The notes below the pieces were generated by a model. The model did no database searches. It had not been told where the DNA came from and saw only the letters and a program-made list of their open reading frames with translations. DNA of 64,000 bases from an uncultured Pelagibacteraceae bacterium (GTDB lineage: Bacteria > Pseudomonadota > Alphaproteobacteria > Pelagibacterales > Pelagibacteraceae): positions 4,685 to 68,684 of the forward strand of contig CACKZT010000003.1 of the NCBI GenBank assembly GCA_902604695.1. Reading direction: 5' to 3'. Positions 1 to 10,950 of the stretch are shown here, one piece after another. Position 1 is the first letter of the stretch, and every line of letters begins with the position of its first letter. The translations under genes and the position numbers were made by a program.

Positions 1-617
1 CTAATGGTGCAGGGAAATCCACTTTGTTGATGACAATTAGCGGTGTTAACAAAGCTAGAACGGGTGAAATTATTTTTGAGGGAAAAAATATAGAAAAATA
101 TGAACCTCACAATATAGTGGATTTAGGAATTGCGCAAGCACCTGAAGGAAGAAGAATATTTTCTCGCTTGACAGTTGAGGAAAATTTAAAATTAGGAGCA
201 CATGCCAATGAAAGAGGTAAGCACTTTAATTCAGATATTAAGGAAATTTATGATTTATTTCCGGTATTAAGTGATCGAAAATCACAAAGAGGTGGAACTT
301 TATCTGGAGGTGAACAGCAGATGTTGGCAATAGGAAGGGCCTTAATGAATAGACCAAAAGTACTTTTGTTAGATGAACCATCACTTGGTATTGCTCCAAA
401 GCTGGTTAATCAAATATTTTTAGCAATTAAAAATATTAACAAAGAAAAAAAAGTTACAATTTTTTTAGTCGAGCAAAATGCTAAAAAAGCTTTAGAATTA
501 GCTGACAGAGCTTATGTACTAGTTAATGGAAAAGTCACGATTCAAGGTTTTGGTCAAGACTTATTAAAAAACCAAGATATACAAGCAGCTTACCTTGAAG
601 GTGGAGCTAAAAGTTAG
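1..617 (+). CDS. livF: Branched-chain amino acid ABC transporter ATP-binding protein (5'-truncated by window)
   Basis: In-frame NGAGKST Walker A at 3-23 upstream of the called ORF; LSGGEQQ signature, LLLDEPS Walker B, LVEQNA; ends AYLEG. Confidence 0.93.
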   Translation, partial: NGAGKSTLLMTISGVNKARTGEIIFEGKNIEKYEPHNIVDLGIAQAPEGRRIFSRLTVEENLKLGAHANERGKHFNSDIKEIYDLFPVLSDRKSQRGGTLSGGEQQMLAIGRALMNRPKVLLLDEPSLGIAPKLVNQIFLAIKNINKEKKVTIFLVEQNAKKALELADRAYVLVNGKVTIQGFGQDLLKNQDIQAAYLEGGAKS

Positions 618-703
618 GCTCAGTTTAAACTAATTCACCATTTACAATCTTAAATCATCAGTGTTTAATAAGTTATTAATTAATTAACAACAGGAAAATA
701 ACT

Positions 704-1807
704 ATGTTTAAAACATTTAAAAAAACAATCTCTTTGATTGCTGCTTTTTTAATGCTTGGATCTGTATCGGTTAAAGCTGATATCTTAGTTGCATCTGCTG
801 GACCAATGAGTGGCCAGTATGCTTCTTTTGGTGCTCAGTTAAAAGCTGGAGCAGAGATGTGGCTTAAAGATGTAAATGCAAGAGGCGGAATTAACGGAGA
901 AAAAGTAAAATTAGTAATTGGAGATGATGCTTGCGATCCAAAACAAGCCGTGGCTGTTGCAAATAAATTTGCAGGTCAAGGTGTTGCTTACGTTGCAGGA
1001 CATTTCTGTTCAGGATCTTCAATACCAGCTTCAAAAGTTTATACTGAAGAAGGAATTATCCAAGTTTCACCAGCGTCTACGAACCCAGCGTTCACAGACA
1101 AGGGTGGACCAAATGTATTCAGGGTTTGTGGAAGAGATGACCAACAAGGTGAAGTTGCGGGCGCATTTCTTGCAAAAGAATATGCTGGAAAAAAAGTTGC
1201 TATTATTCATGACAAAACTGCTTACGGAAAAGGTTTAGCGGATGCTACAAGAAAAAACATGAAAAAAGCAGGTTTAAAAGATGCTATGTACGAAGCAATT
1301 ACTGCAGGTGAAAAGGATTACTCTGCTTTAGTATCTAAACTTAAGTCTAATAATATTGATGCAATATATCTTGGTGGATATCACACAGAAGCTGGATTAA
1401 TAGTTAGACAGATGAGAGATCAAGGTATGAGCACTAAATTAGTTAGTGGTGATGCTTTAGTTACAGCTGAATATTGGGATATTACTGGTAATGCTGGTGA
1501 AGGTACGTTAATGACTTTCAGTCCAGATCCAAGAAATAATCCTGAGGCTGCACCATTAGTTAAGAAATTTAAAGCTGCAGGCATTGAGCCTGAAGGTTAT
1601 GTTCTTTACTCTTACGCAGCACTTGAAGTATTTGAACAAGCTGCTTTAGATGCAGGTTCAACAGATTACAAAAAAGTTTTGAAAGCTATGAAAAATAATA
1701 AATTCAAAACAGTGCTTGGAGTTTTAAGCTTTGATAAAAAAGGCGATGTAACTCTTCCAGGTTATGTATTCTATGAATGGAAAAACGGTAATTACAAACA
1801 ATTGTAA
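704..1807 (+). CDS. livJ: Leu/Ile/Val-type ABC substrate-binding protein
   Basis: Signal peptide; DDACDPKQAV, GHFCSGSSIPAS, HDKTAYGKGLA and YSYAA motifs of LivJ/LivK. Confidence 0.9.
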   Translation: MFKTFKKTISLIAAFLMLGSVSVKADILVASAGPMSGQYASFGAQLKAGAEMWLKDVNARGGINGEKVKLVIGDDACDPKQAVAVANKFAGQGVAYVAGHFCSGSSIPASKVYTEEGIIQVSPASTNPAFTDKGGPNVFRVCGRDDQQGEVAGAFLAKEYAGKKVAIIHDKTAYGKGLADATRKNMKKAGLKDAMYEAITAGEKDYSALVSKLKSNNIDAIYLGGYHTEAGLIVRQMRDQGMSTKLVSGDALVTAEYWDITGNAGEGTLMTFSPDPRNNPEAAPLVKKFKAAGIEPEGYVLYSYAALEVFEQAALDAGSTDYKKVLKAMKNNKFKTVLGVLSFDKKGDVTLPGYVFYEWKNGNYKQL

Positions 1808-1827
1808 TTTTATTTAGTTTAAAATTT

Positions 1828-1853
1828 AAGGGGGCTTAGGCCCCCTTTTTTTT
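1828..1853 (+). terminator. Rho-independent terminator after livJ
   Basis: aagggggc-ttag-gccccctt stem-loop followed by a T-tract. Confidence 0.9.
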
Positions 1854-1866
1854 ACAGGATTTTAAT

Positions 1867-2202
1867 ATGACAATAGCTTATGAAGATTTTAAAAAAGTAA
1901 TAATAAAAATTGGAACTGTTTTAGAAGTTAAAAATAATGAAAAAGCCAGAAAACCTTCTCTAGTTATAAAAGTAGATTTTGGACCAGAAGTAGGTATTAA
2001 ACAGTCCTCTGCACAAATAACTCATTTTTATAATTCAGAAAATTTAGTTGGAAAACAGGTAATTGGTGTTTGTAATTTTCCCACAAAAAATATTGCTGGA
2101 GTAGTATCTGAAGTTCTCATACTAGGAGCTATTGAAAAAGATGGAAAAGTTGTTTTGGTTCATCCATCTCAAAAGACCGATAATGGCTTAGACATCGCAT
2201 AG
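1867..2202 (+). CDS. csaA: CsaA/Trbp111-like tRNA-binding / export chaperone
   Basis: OB-fold motifs VDFGPEVGIKQSSAQIT and NFPTKNIAGVVSEVLILG. Confidence 0.88.
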   Translation: MTIAYEDFKKVIIKIGTVLEVKNNEKARKPSLVIKVDFGPEVGIKQSSAQITHFYNSENLVGKQVIGVCNFPTKNIAGVVSEVLILGAIEKDGKVVLVHPSQKTDNGLDIA

Positions 2203-2226
2203 TAAATAGTTTAAAAAACTTTTTAA

Positions 2227-2817
2227 ATGTATCCGAATCTTATTCCATTAATACTTTTTGGCATAGCCGCAGGTTTTTCCCCTGGACCAAATAATATAGT
2301 TACTTCTTATTCTGCTTTTAACTTTGGTTTTAAAAAGACAATTCCAACAATGCTTGGTGTTATTTGCGGGTGGACTTTATTATGTGTTTTTTTAGTACTT
2401 GGATCTGGGGTCATCTTTAGAGAGTATCAAGAATTACAGATTGTAATAAAAATACTTGGTTCAATTTATCTATTATTCATAGCATATAAAATTTCATTTT
2501 CAAAAGTTGAAAAAAATAAGAGAATAAAGGGTCCAGTTTCTTTTATAAACACTTTTTTTTTTCAATTCATAAATCCAAAAAGCATTATAGCTGGTTCAAT
2601 AGCTGTATCTTCATTTATAGATATTCAAAATTACTATTTAAGAGACTCATTAGTATTTCTCGTTATTATGTTTTTTGTAGCCGTTGGAAGTCAATCAACC
2701 TGGTGTTTAATGGGAACTTATCTGAGAAAATTTGCCACAAGTCAAAAATTTATGAGAAATTTTAACTTCTCAATGTCTTTTTTGCTTATAGTTTGTGTTA
2801 TTATGTTTTATGTATAG
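2227..2817 (+). CDS. LysE/RhtB family exporter (EamB-like)
   Basis: SPGPNN and FQFINPK motifs; about 6 TM segments. Confidence 0.85.
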   Translation: MYPNLIPLILFGIAAGFSPGPNNIVTSYSAFNFGFKKTIPTMLGVICGWTLLCVFLVLGSGVIFREYQELQIVIKILGSIYLLFIAYKISFSKVEKNKRIKGPVSFINTFFFQFINPKSIIAGSIAVSSFIDIQNYYLRDSLVFLVIMFFVAVGSQSTWCLMGTYLRKFATSQKFMRNFNFSMSFLLIVCVIMFYV

Positions 2818-2819
2818 CC

Positions 2820-5492
2820 ATGAAAATTAATAGTAAAAATTCATTTAATTCATTAGACGAAATTATTTCTTCAGGAAAAAAGTATAAAATATTTAATCTT
2901 AAAAAAGCTGAAAAAAATGGTTTAGAGGGGGTTTCTAAACTTCCGAAATCTCTAAAAGTCCTTCTAGAAAATTTATTAAGATATGAGGATGATGAAACAG
3001 TAAATAAGCAGCAAATTTTAGCTTTAAAAAATTGGTTAAAAACAAAAAAATCAAATACCGAAATAGCCTATAGACCTGCTCGAACTTTATTGCAGGACTA
3101 TACTGGTATACCCGCAATAGCAGATTTAGCGGCGATGCGAGATGCTGTTAAGTCAAAAAATAAAAATCCAAATAAAATTAATCCACTATCTACAGTAGAT
3201 TTGGTCATAGATCATTCTGTAATGGTCGACGAGTATGCCTCAGGAAAATCTTTCAATCAGAATGTTGAAAAAGAATTTTCAAGGAATGGAGAAAGATATG
3301 CCTTTCTTAAATGGGGTCAAAAAGCTTTTGATAATTTTAGGGTTGTTCCACCCGGAACAGGAATTTGTCATCAAGTAAATCTAGAATATTTAGCTAAGGT
3401 AGTTTGGTCATCAAAAAGTGGCAACGATTTTTATGCCTATCCAGATACATTGGTAGGAACAGACAGTCATACAACAATGGTTAATGGATTGTCCGTTTTA
3501 GGATGGGGAGTTGGTGGCATAGAAGCTGAAGCAGCCATGTTAGGTCAACCAATTTCAATGTTAATTCCAGAAGTTGTTGGAGTTGAAATTAAGGGAAAAT
3601 TACTCGAAGGATTAACAGCTACAGACTTAGTCTTAGCTATTGTAGAAATGCTAAGAAAAAAAGGAGTTGTAGGAAAATTTGTAGAATTTTATGGAGAAGG
3701 TTTAAAAAACCTTACATTAGCTGACAGAGCTACCATAGCAAATATGGCTCCAGAGTATGGAGCAACATGTGGTTTCTTTCCAGTTGATGAAGAAACTTTA
3801 AAATATTTGAGACTATCTGGAAGAGACAAAGAAACAATTGAACTTGTTGAAAAATATTCAAAAGAGCAGGGCCTATGGTCAAGTGAAGGCATGGAGTTTA
3901 CTGATACTTTATCTTTAGACATAAGCACTGTAGTTCCGAGTATATCTGGTCCTAAAAGACCGCAAGATAAAGTTTTGTTAACAGAGTCTTCTGTGAGTTT
4001 TGCCAAAGCCTATAAAGAAAATACAAAGAGAGATAAACCTAATCAAGCTAATGTTGATGGTGCAGATTTTAAAATAACTGATGGAGATATTGTTATAGCG
4101 GCAATTACTTCTTGCACCAACACTTCAAATCCGAGTGTAATGATCGGTGCAGGATTACTCGCAAAAAAAGCAGTAGAGAAAGGTTTAAATATTAAGCCGT
4201 GGGTAAAAACTTCTTTAGCCCCAGGCTCAAAAGTAGTAACAGATTATTTAGAGAAAGCAGGATTAAATAAATATTTAGATGAACTTGGCTTTAACCTAGT
4301 TGGTTATGGCTGTACAACCTGTATTGGTAATTCTGGTCCACTAAATAAAAACATTTCAGACGCAATACATAAAGAAAATCTATACTCAGTTTCTGTGTTA
4401 TCAGGCAATAGAAACTTTGAAGGTAGAATAAGTCCAGATGTTAAAGCTAATTATTTGGCCTCTCCGCCGCTTGTAGTTGCATTTGCTTTAGCTGGAAATA
4501 TGAATTTTGATTTGTATAAAACTCCCTTAGGAACAGATAAGGAGGGAAAAGATGTTTATTTAAAAGATATTTGGCCTAGCAATAAAGAAATCGAAGAAAT
4601 AATGCTATCATCAATAAATGCAGAAATGTTCATTCAACGTTATTCAAATGTTTCAGAGGGGCCAAAAGAGTGGAGCTCAATTAAAACTGTCGATAGCAGC
4701 ATTTATGATTGGGAGGCAAACTCTACTTATGTTAAAAAACCTCCATTTTTTGATAACCTTCCAGATAAGCCGGAAGGTTTTAAAGAGATTAAAGACGCAA
4801 GAGTATTACTCTTATTAGCCGACTCGGTAACGACCGATCATATTTCTCCAGCTGGAAATATAAAAAAAGATAGTCCTACAGGTGATTATTTTATGAAACA
4901 TCAAGTACAACAAAAAGATTTCAATTCTTATGGAGCAAGAAGAGGAAACCATGAGGTAATGATGAGAGGTACATTTGGAAATATTAAAATAAGAAATGAA
5001 ATGGCACCTGGTACAGAAGGAGGATATACAACTCTCCAGCCAGATGGACATGTCATGAGTGTCTACGATGCCGCTATGGAGTATAAAAAGAGGGGTAATG
5101 ACTTAGTAGTTATAGCTGGTAAAGAATACGGAACTGGTTCTTCAAGAGATTGGGCAGCAAAAGGGACAAAGCTTCTTGGTATTAAAGCAGTAATAGCTGA
5201 AAGTTTTGAGAGAATACATAGATCTAATTTAGTAGGGATGGGAGTGCTGCCACTTGAATTCAAAGAAGGTTATGATCGGAAAAAGTTGAATATAACTGGA
5301 TCTGAGCTAATTACAATAATCGATATTGATAAAGGAATTAGTCCTAGACAAGAAATTAATTGTGAAATTAAATATAAAGATGGTTCAACTAAAAAAGTAA
5401 AAGTATTGTGCAGAATTGATACTGAAAATGAAATTGAGTATTATAAAAATGGTGGAATTCTTCAGTATGTTCTTAGAAATATGATAAATTAA
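2820..5492 (+). CDS. acnA: Aconitate hydratase A
   Basis: DSHTTM, AAITSCTNTSNP, GYGCTTCIGNSG, GSSRDWAAKG; start moved to the ATG at 2820. Confidence 0.97.
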   Translation: MKINSKNSFNSLDEIISSGKKYKIFNLKKAEKNGLEGVSKLPKSLKVLLENLLRYEDDETVNKQQILALKNWLKTKKSNTEIAYRPARTLLQDYTGIPAIADLAAMRDAVKSKNKNPNKINPLSTVDLVIDHSVMVDEYASGKSFNQNVEKEFSRNGERYAFLKWGQKAFDNFRVVPPGTGICHQVNLEYLAKVVWSSKSGNDFYAYPDTLVGTDSHTTMVNGLSVLGWGVGGIEAEAAMLGQPISMLIPEVVGVEIKGKLLEGLTATDLVLAIVEMLRKKGVVGKFVEFYGEGLKNLTLADRATIANMAPEYGATCGFFPVDEETLKYLRLSGRDKETIELVEKYSKEQGLWSSEGMEFTDTLSLDISTVVPSISGPKRPQDKVLLTESSVSFAKAYKENTKRDKPNQANVDGADFKITDGDIVIAAITSCTNTSNPSVMIGAGLLAKKAVEKGLNIKPWVKTSLAPGSKVVTDYLEKAGLNKYLDELGFNLVGYGCTTCIGNSGPLNKNISDAIHKENLYSVSVLSGNRNFEGRISPDVKANYLASPPLVVAFALAGNMNFDLYKTPLGTDKEGKDVYLKDIWPSNKEIEEIMLSSINAEMFIQRYSNVSEGPKEWSSIKTVDSSIYDWEANSTYVKKPPFFDNLPDKPEGFKEIKDARVLLLLADSVTTDHISPAGNIKKDSPTGDYFMKHQVQQKDFNSYGARRGNHEVMMRGTFGNIKIRNEMAPGTEGGYTTLQPDGHVMSVYDAAMEYKKRGNDLVVIAGKEYGTGSSRDWAAKGTKLLGIKAVIAESFERIHRSNLVGMGVLPLEFKEGYDRKKLNITGSELITIIDIDKGISPRQEINCEIKYKDGSTKKVKVLCRIDTENEIEYYKNGGILQYVLRNMIN

Positions 5493-5495
5493 TCT

Positions 5496-7001
5496 ATGAG
5501 AGATCTAAAAATTAAGGTTTATCCTTCATCTGCAAATTTAAAAAAAGAGGATCAATTAGCTTGGAAGATTGCAGAGATTGCTTCTGATAAATCTAGACCC
5601 GGATCTGATGCTATCGACATGATCATTAATAGAATTATCGATAACGCTTCAGTAGCTATAGCATCGTTTAATAGAAAACCAGTTATATCAGCTAGAGAGA
5701 TGGCTTTAGCGCATCCTAGAAAAAATGGTGCAACAATATTTGGTGTCAACTCAAAATATAAATTTGATTGTGAATGGGCAGCTTGGGCTAACGGTACAGC
5801 GGTAAGAGAACTTGATTACCATGATACTTTTTTAGCTGCAGATTATTCTCATCCAGGCGATAATATTCCCCCAATTTTTGCTGTCGCTCAACAAACTAAG
5901 TGCAATGGCTATGATCTTTTAAAAGGAATTCTTACTGGCTATGAAGTTCAGGTAAACTTAGTAAAAGGAATTTGTCTTCATGAGCATAAAATAGATCATA
6001 TAGCTCATTTAGGCCCAAGTGTAGCTGCGGGTTTAGGAACTTTATTAAAATTAAAAACTGAAACAATTTACCAATCGATTCAACAAGCTCTTCACACAAC
6101 AATTTCAACAAGACAGTCAAGAAAAGGAGAAATTTCAAGCTGGAAAGCTTTCGCTCCATCTCACGCTGGAAAATTAGGAATAGAAGCTGTAGATAGATGT
6201 ATGAGAGGCGAAGGTGCTCCAAGTCCAATTTACGAAGGTGAAGATAGTGTGATCGCGTATGTTTTATCCGGTAAGGATGTTGAATATACTATTCCAATGC
6301 CAGAAAAAAATGAGGAAAAAAAAGCTATTTTAGAAACATATACTAAAGAACACTCTGCTGAATATCAGTCTCAAGCTCTGATCGATTTGGCAAGAAGCTT
6401 AAACAAGAAAATAAAAGATATTTCTAAAATAGATAGAATAGATATTCACACTAGTCATCATACCCACTATGTTATTGGAACTGGTGCGAATGATCCTCAA
6501 AAAATGGATCCGAACGCAAGTAGAGAAACACTAGATCATTCAATAATGTATATATTTGCTGTTGCTTTAGAAGATGGAAGTTGGCACCACGTTAAGTCTT
6601 ACACTCCAGAAAGAGCAAGAAGAAAAAGTACAGTTGAACTTTGGCAAAAAATTAAGACTTATGAAGTTGAAGAATGGACAAAAAAATATCACGATCCCAA
6701 TCCAGCCAATAAGTGTTTTGGAGGTAAAGTAACAATATATATGAAGGATGGCAGCAAAATTACAGAGGAAAAAGGAGTTGCCGATGCACATCCTAGTGGT
6801 CAAAGACCTTTTAGAAGAAGTAATTACATTGAAAAATTCAACATGTTAACTGAAGGTATTATTTCCGACAAAGAAGCAAAGCGATTTTTGGAATTAGTAC
6901 AAAACCTAAAAAACTTAAAAGCTAAAGATATCCAATCATTGAATATAGAGGTTAAATCTAAATTTAATAAAAAAAGATCAAAGAAGATAACTATATTTTA
7001 A
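5496..7001 (+). CDS. prpD: MmgE/PrpD family 2-methylcitrate dehydratase
   Basis: [38 protein letters not shown]; directly after acnA. Confidence 0.88.
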   Translation: MRDLKIKVYPSSANLKKEDQLAWKIAEIASDKSRPGSDAIDMIINRIIDNASVAIASFNRKPVISAREMALAHPRKNGATIFGVNSKYKFDCEWAAWANGTAVRELDYHDTFLAADYSHPGDNIPPIFAVAQQTKCNGYDLLKGILTGYEVQVNLVKGICLHEHKIDHIAHLGPSVAAGLGTLLKLKTETIYQSIQQALHTTISTRQSRKGEISSWKAFAPSHAGKLGIEAVDRCMRGEGAPSPIYEGEDSVIAYVLSGKDVEYTIPMPEKNEEKKAILETYTKEHSAEYQSQALIDLARSLNKKIKDISKIDRIDIHTSHHTHYVIGTGANDPQKMDPNASRETLDHSIMYIFAVALEDGSWHHVKSYTPERARRKSTVELWQKIKTYEVEEWTKKYHDPNPANKCFGGKVTIYMKDGSKITEEKGVADAHPSGQRPFRRSNYIEKFNMLTEGIISDKEAKRFLELVQNLKNLKAKDIQSLNIEVKSKFNKKRSKKITIF

Positions 7002-7274
7002 ATGGGTATTACTATAGTTTTGATCATTCTTAATCCAACGATTCCAATAAAATCCTAGATTTATTGACTAATTTAATAGATCATTCAGTTTGAAAATATC
7101 TAGTAATTTTTAGCATATATGTTGCATAAATATCACTAAAAAAGGTTGATTTTTATAGTTTTTTTGAGAATTTACATCTTTTACTCGACTATTTTAAAGT
7201 AGACTTTATTTTATTAACCAAATAAGAAACTAGGACGATCGTATTAATAATAATAATTAATAAAGGTATATACT

Positions 7275-7985
7275 ATGAACAATAAACTCTTATCTGTTAT
7301 CGCTTTTCTAGCAGTTGCTTTGTTTTCTACAAATGCATTTTCTGGAAGCTTTAACATTGGAGCAGCAGGAGCTATAGCTAACGTAGAAGCTTCTGGTACA
7401 GAGACACCTTCATTAGATACTTCAGATTCTTCTGATAGATCTAAAGAAGTATCGAACAATGTTTTCATTGGCTCTGTGTTCGCGGAATATGAATCAGACT
7501 ATCTAGGTGGTTTAACACTTGGATTTGAATATATTCCTGGATCTGCTGATGTAAGCGATGAAGTACAAACAAGAACTGATACTGAGAAATCTGTTTCAGG
7601 TGATGCTACCCAAAACGCCGACGAAAGACAATTTAAAGCAAATGCTGAGATAGAGAACTATCACAGCGTTTACGTTGAATTACCTGTAGGCGGAGGACCA
7701 TTCTTCGTAAGAGGTGGAATGGCTCAAATAGATGTAAATACAAATGAAGTAAAATCATCTAATGGTGGTAGCTATGGTAATGCTACACTAGATGGATACA
7801 ACATTGGACTTGGTTTAAAAGGAACTATGGGCAATGGATTAGGTGTTAAATTCTATTACGAACAAACTGACTTTGACACTTTAAGTTTAACATCTACTGG
7901 TAACAGTGCTGACTCAGGAACAAACTCAATATCTGCAGACTTAGACGTACAAGCTGTAAAGCTTGCTGTGTCATATAAGTTTTAA
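7275..7985 (+). CDS. Small outer-membrane beta-barrel protein
   Basis: Signal peptide, alternating beta-strand pattern, C-terminal VSYKF beta-signal; many C-ending codons (aac/ttc/tac/gac) suggesting high expression. Confidence 0.8.
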   Translation: MNNKLLSVIAFLAVALFSTNAFSGSFNIGAAGAIANVEASGTETPSLDTSDSSDRSKEVSNNVFIGSVFAEYESDYLGGLTLGFEYIPGSADVSDEVQTRTDTEKSVSGDATQNADERQFKANAEIENYHSVYVELPVGGGPFFVRGGMAQIDVNTNEVKSSNGGSYGNATLDGYNIGLGLKGTMGNGLGVKFYYEQTDFDTLSLTSTGNSADSGTNSISADLDVQAVKLAVSYKF

Positions 7986-8012
7986 GCAGTATTGAATTTT
8001 TTTAAAAAAATT

Positions 8013-8043
8013 AAACCCTTCTAGAAATAGGAGGGTTTTTTTT
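8013..8043. terminator. Probably bidirectional intrinsic terminator between convergent genes
   Basis: aaacccttcta-gaaa-taggagggttt with a T-tract on + and an A-tract upstream. Confidence 0.85.
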
Positions 8044-8663
8044 TATATACTAAATAAGAATTCGAATTTTTCGTTGATTGTTAATACTTCAATATTAACT
8101 AGACCGCCTATAATTAATTGTAATCCCACAATCATAATTACAAATAAACCAACATACCCTAGCCATCTGTGTTCTTTAATATAATTTGCAAAGTAAGTTG
8201 CTAAAGTTCCTATTAACAGTACTGATAAAATTAATCCAATTATCATTAGATGATAGTTGTCTTTTGCTGCTCCAACAACACCTAAAACATTGTCAAAACT
8301 AATAATTGTATCAGCTACAAGAACTTTAAAAACCCCTTCTCTAAATGTTGTACTTTCATTTGATTTAATTGTAGGTGTTCTAACTTTTTTTGGATCAAAA
8401 AGGTCTTGCCTCAAGTTATTTACTATCCATAACAATAAAACCCCTCCTACAATTTTTAACCAAGGCATTTGTAAAAACAAAGTAGCCCCATAAGCAAAGA
8501 TTATTCTAAAAAAGAAGGCGGCAGCTATACCCCATGCAATGATTTTTTTTCGATTTTCTTTCGCAAAATTTGCCGCTATAAGACCAATAATAATTGCATT
8601 ATCTGCAGCCATTACAATATCAATGATCAAAATTTGAATTGCAATAATAACTTGCTCTACCAT
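8043..8663 (-). CDS. TerC/YjbE family membrane protein
   Basis: IDIVMAADNA and ADTIISFDNVLGV motifs. Confidence 0.85.
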   Translation of the reverse strand: MVEQVIIAIQILIIDIVMAADNAIIIGLIAANFAKENRKKIIAWGIAAAFFFRIIFAYGATLFLQMPWLKIVGGVLLLWIVNNLRQDLFDPKKVRTPTIKSNESTTFREGVFKVLVADTIISFDNVLGVVGAAKDNYHLMIIGLILSVLLIGTLATYFANYIKEHRWLGYVGLFVIMIVGLQLIIGGLVNIEVLTINEKFEFLFSI

Positions 8664-8718
8664 TATTAAGCTTTTTATATAATTTTTTTAATGGAATAAA
8701 GTAATAAATAATGCATAT

Positions 8719-10044
8719 TTGCTCAGAATGAGATATCCATCAAAGGTTTCAAAAGCCCATTTATTCAAGCTTTCCATACCAATTTTTTTTGCAAATGTAG
8801 CAATTCCCTTGGTCGGTGTCGTAGATACAGCATTAATGGGGCATTTATCTGAGGTAAAATATTTAGCTTCAGTAAGTATCGCAACATATTTGGTAACAAT
8901 GATTTTATGGAGTTTTGGTTTTTTAAGAATGGGTACAACTGGCATGGTTGCGCAACATTTGGGAAAAGGAGATTATAGAGAAATAGCTTTTACAATATTA
9001 AGAAATTTAACTATTGCAATAATCATCGGAATTTCAATTATATTATGCAAAATATACGTTGTTTATTTAGTTGAGTATTTTTTTGACACCTCTGATGAAA
9101 CTTTAAATCTTATAAACGAATATATATCAATAAGGCTTTTATCTGCTCCAGCAGAGTTAGCAATTTATGTTTTTGCGGGACTTTATATTGGTCTCCAAAT
9201 GACAAAAATATCCAGTATTTTAATTGCCTTTTATTCTTTTTTTAATATTTTCTTAAGTATTTATTTTGTAAATACATTAAATCTTAATGTTACAGGTGTC
9301 GCATTAGGAACCGTCTTATCTGCTTATATTTCTGTTTTATTTGTAAGTATATTTACGTACTATTTTATCAAACAAAAATTTAATGTAATTTTAAGATTTA
9401 GAAAAATATTTGTTAAAAAGAAAATTATTCAACTATTTAATATCAATTTTGATATTTTTATAAGGACTTTATTTTTGACATTTTCTTTTTTATGGTTCAT
9501 TTATTTAAGTTCAAAAATCAGTGAAGATTATTTAGCTATTAATTCTATATTGTTACAATTTATAGCAATAGCGGCTTTCTTCTTAGATGCATATGCCTTT
9601 TCCACTGAAGGAGTTGTAGGATTTCAATTGGGCAGGAGAGTTCAAAAATCTTTTTTATTTGCAGTAAAAAACTCTTTTATACTTAGTTTTTATACAGGGT
9701 TAATAATATCTTTTTTATATCTCATCTTTTTCAAGCAATTAATTAATATGATGACGGATTTAGATTATTTAAGATTTTTATCATACGAATTTATTTTTTG
9801 GATTATAATTATTCCTCCTATTGCTTCTATATGCTATCAATATGATGGAATTTTTATTGGAACTTCTCAAACCAAAGAAATGAGAAACTGTATGATTTTT
9901 TCTGTCATTCTATTTATCTTTATATCTACCTATTTAGTAAAAATTTTAAATAATCATGGACTTTGGTTGTCATTATTATTATTTATGATCATGAGATCTC
10001 TTACTTTGCGACTCTATTTTTCAAATATTTTAAAAAGGTTTTAA
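8719..10044 (+). CDS. MATE family efflux transporter (DinF-like)
   Basis: PLVGVVDTALMGHL, FGFLRMGTTG, DGIFIG; about 12 TM. Confidence 0.9.
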   Translation: MLRMRYPSKVSKAHLFKLSIPIFFANVAIPLVGVVDTALMGHLSEVKYLASVSIATYLVTMILWSFGFLRMGTTGMVAQHLGKGDYREIAFTILRNLTIAIIIGISIILCKIYVVYLVEYFFDTSDETLNLINEYISIRLLSAPAELAIYVFAGLYIGLQMTKISSILIAFYSFFNIFLSIYFVNTLNLNVTGVALGTVLSAYISVLFVSIFTYYFIKQKFNVILRFRKIFVKKKIIQLFNINFDIFIRTLFLTFSFLWFIYLSSKISEDYLAINSILLQFIAIAAFFLDAYAFSTEGVVGFQLGRRVQKSFLFAVKNSFILSFYTGLIISFLYLIFFKQLINMMTDLDYLRFLSYEFIFWIIIIPPIASICYQYDGIFIGTSQTKEMRNCMIFSVILFIFISTYLVKILNNHGLWLSLLLFMIMRSLTLRLYFSNILKRF

Positions 10045-10910
10045 TGAAGTTTATATATAAAATTCCAGGTTATCTACTTTTGTTATTTGGTGGATTTTGT
10101 TTAAGTTGGGGTGGCTTTATAGTAAGATCTTTTGAAACAACTGATCCGTGGAATATCCTATTGCTAAGATCATTCTTCTTTTTTTTTGGTGTTTCTTCAT
10201 TTTTATTTTTGATTTATAAAAAAGATACTTTAAAAATTATTAAAAATTCTGGTTTTCCTGGCTTTTTAGGTGGCGCAGTAATGTCTTTAAGTTTTGTCGC
10301 TTTCGTGTTTGCTATGCTAAATACAACTGTAGCAAATGTAGTTTTTATAATAAGCACACAGACTATGTTTCTAGCAATCCTAGGCTTTTTTTATTTAAAA
10401 GAAAAAGTGTCACTTAAAAGTTTAATTTCAATCATATTAGCCATGTCAGGTATTACAATTATGATAGGAGACTCTATTTCTTCAGGAACTTTATTTGGCA
10501 ATATTGTTGCTTTAGTCATTCCTATAAGTTTTTCAATATTAGTAATGATTGTCAGAAAAAATTCAAATCTTGATATGGTGCCAGCTATTTGGTTTGCTTC
10601 AATTTTTAGTTTTGCTTATGGGATTATAATGACTCAATCTTTTGTATTTTCTTCTCATGATATATTTATGGGTTTTTTATTGGGAGTGCCTCAACTTACA
10701 TTTGGCTTTGTTTGTATTACTATTGGCTCAAGAACCACTAGGTCAGTGACAGTTGGTCTTCTAATGCTCTCAGAGACACTTTTTGCACCTTTATGGGTCT
10801 GGTTATTTCTTAATGAAATTCCCCCCTCAAGTGTATTTATTGGTGGTTTAATAATTATTTTTGCAATAATTTTAAAAAGCCTAGATAAAAGTAAATCAAA
10901 AGCGGCCTAA
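10044..10910 (+). CDS. DMT/EamA family transporter
   Basis: Two EamA repeats (TTVANVVFI...LKEKV; LSETLFAPLWVWLFLNE); start at a TAATG overlap. Confidence 0.87.
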   Translation: MKFIYKIPGYLLLLFGGFCLSWGGFIVRSFETTDPWNILLLRSFFFFFGVSSFLFLIYKKDTLKIIKNSGFPGFLGGAVMSLSFVAFVFAMLNTTVANVVFIISTQTMFLAILGFFYLKEKVSLKSLISIILAMSGITIMIGDSISSGTLFGNIVALVIPISFSILVMIVRKNSNLDMVPAIWFASIFSFAYGIIMTQSFVFSSHDIFMGFLLGVPQLTFGFVCITIGSRTTRSVTVGLLMLSETLFAPLWVWLFLNEIPPSSVFIGGLIIIFAIILKSLDKSKSKAA

Positions 10911-10916
10911 AAGCGA

Positions 10917-10945
10917 TTGACTTTTTATCCGATATAGAAGAGAAT
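10917..10945 (+). promoter_or_regulatory. Putative sigma70 promoter of the gcv leader
   Basis: TTGACT-17 bp-GAGAAT immediately before the riboswitch. Confidence 0.5.
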
Positions 10946-10950
10946 CTAAA

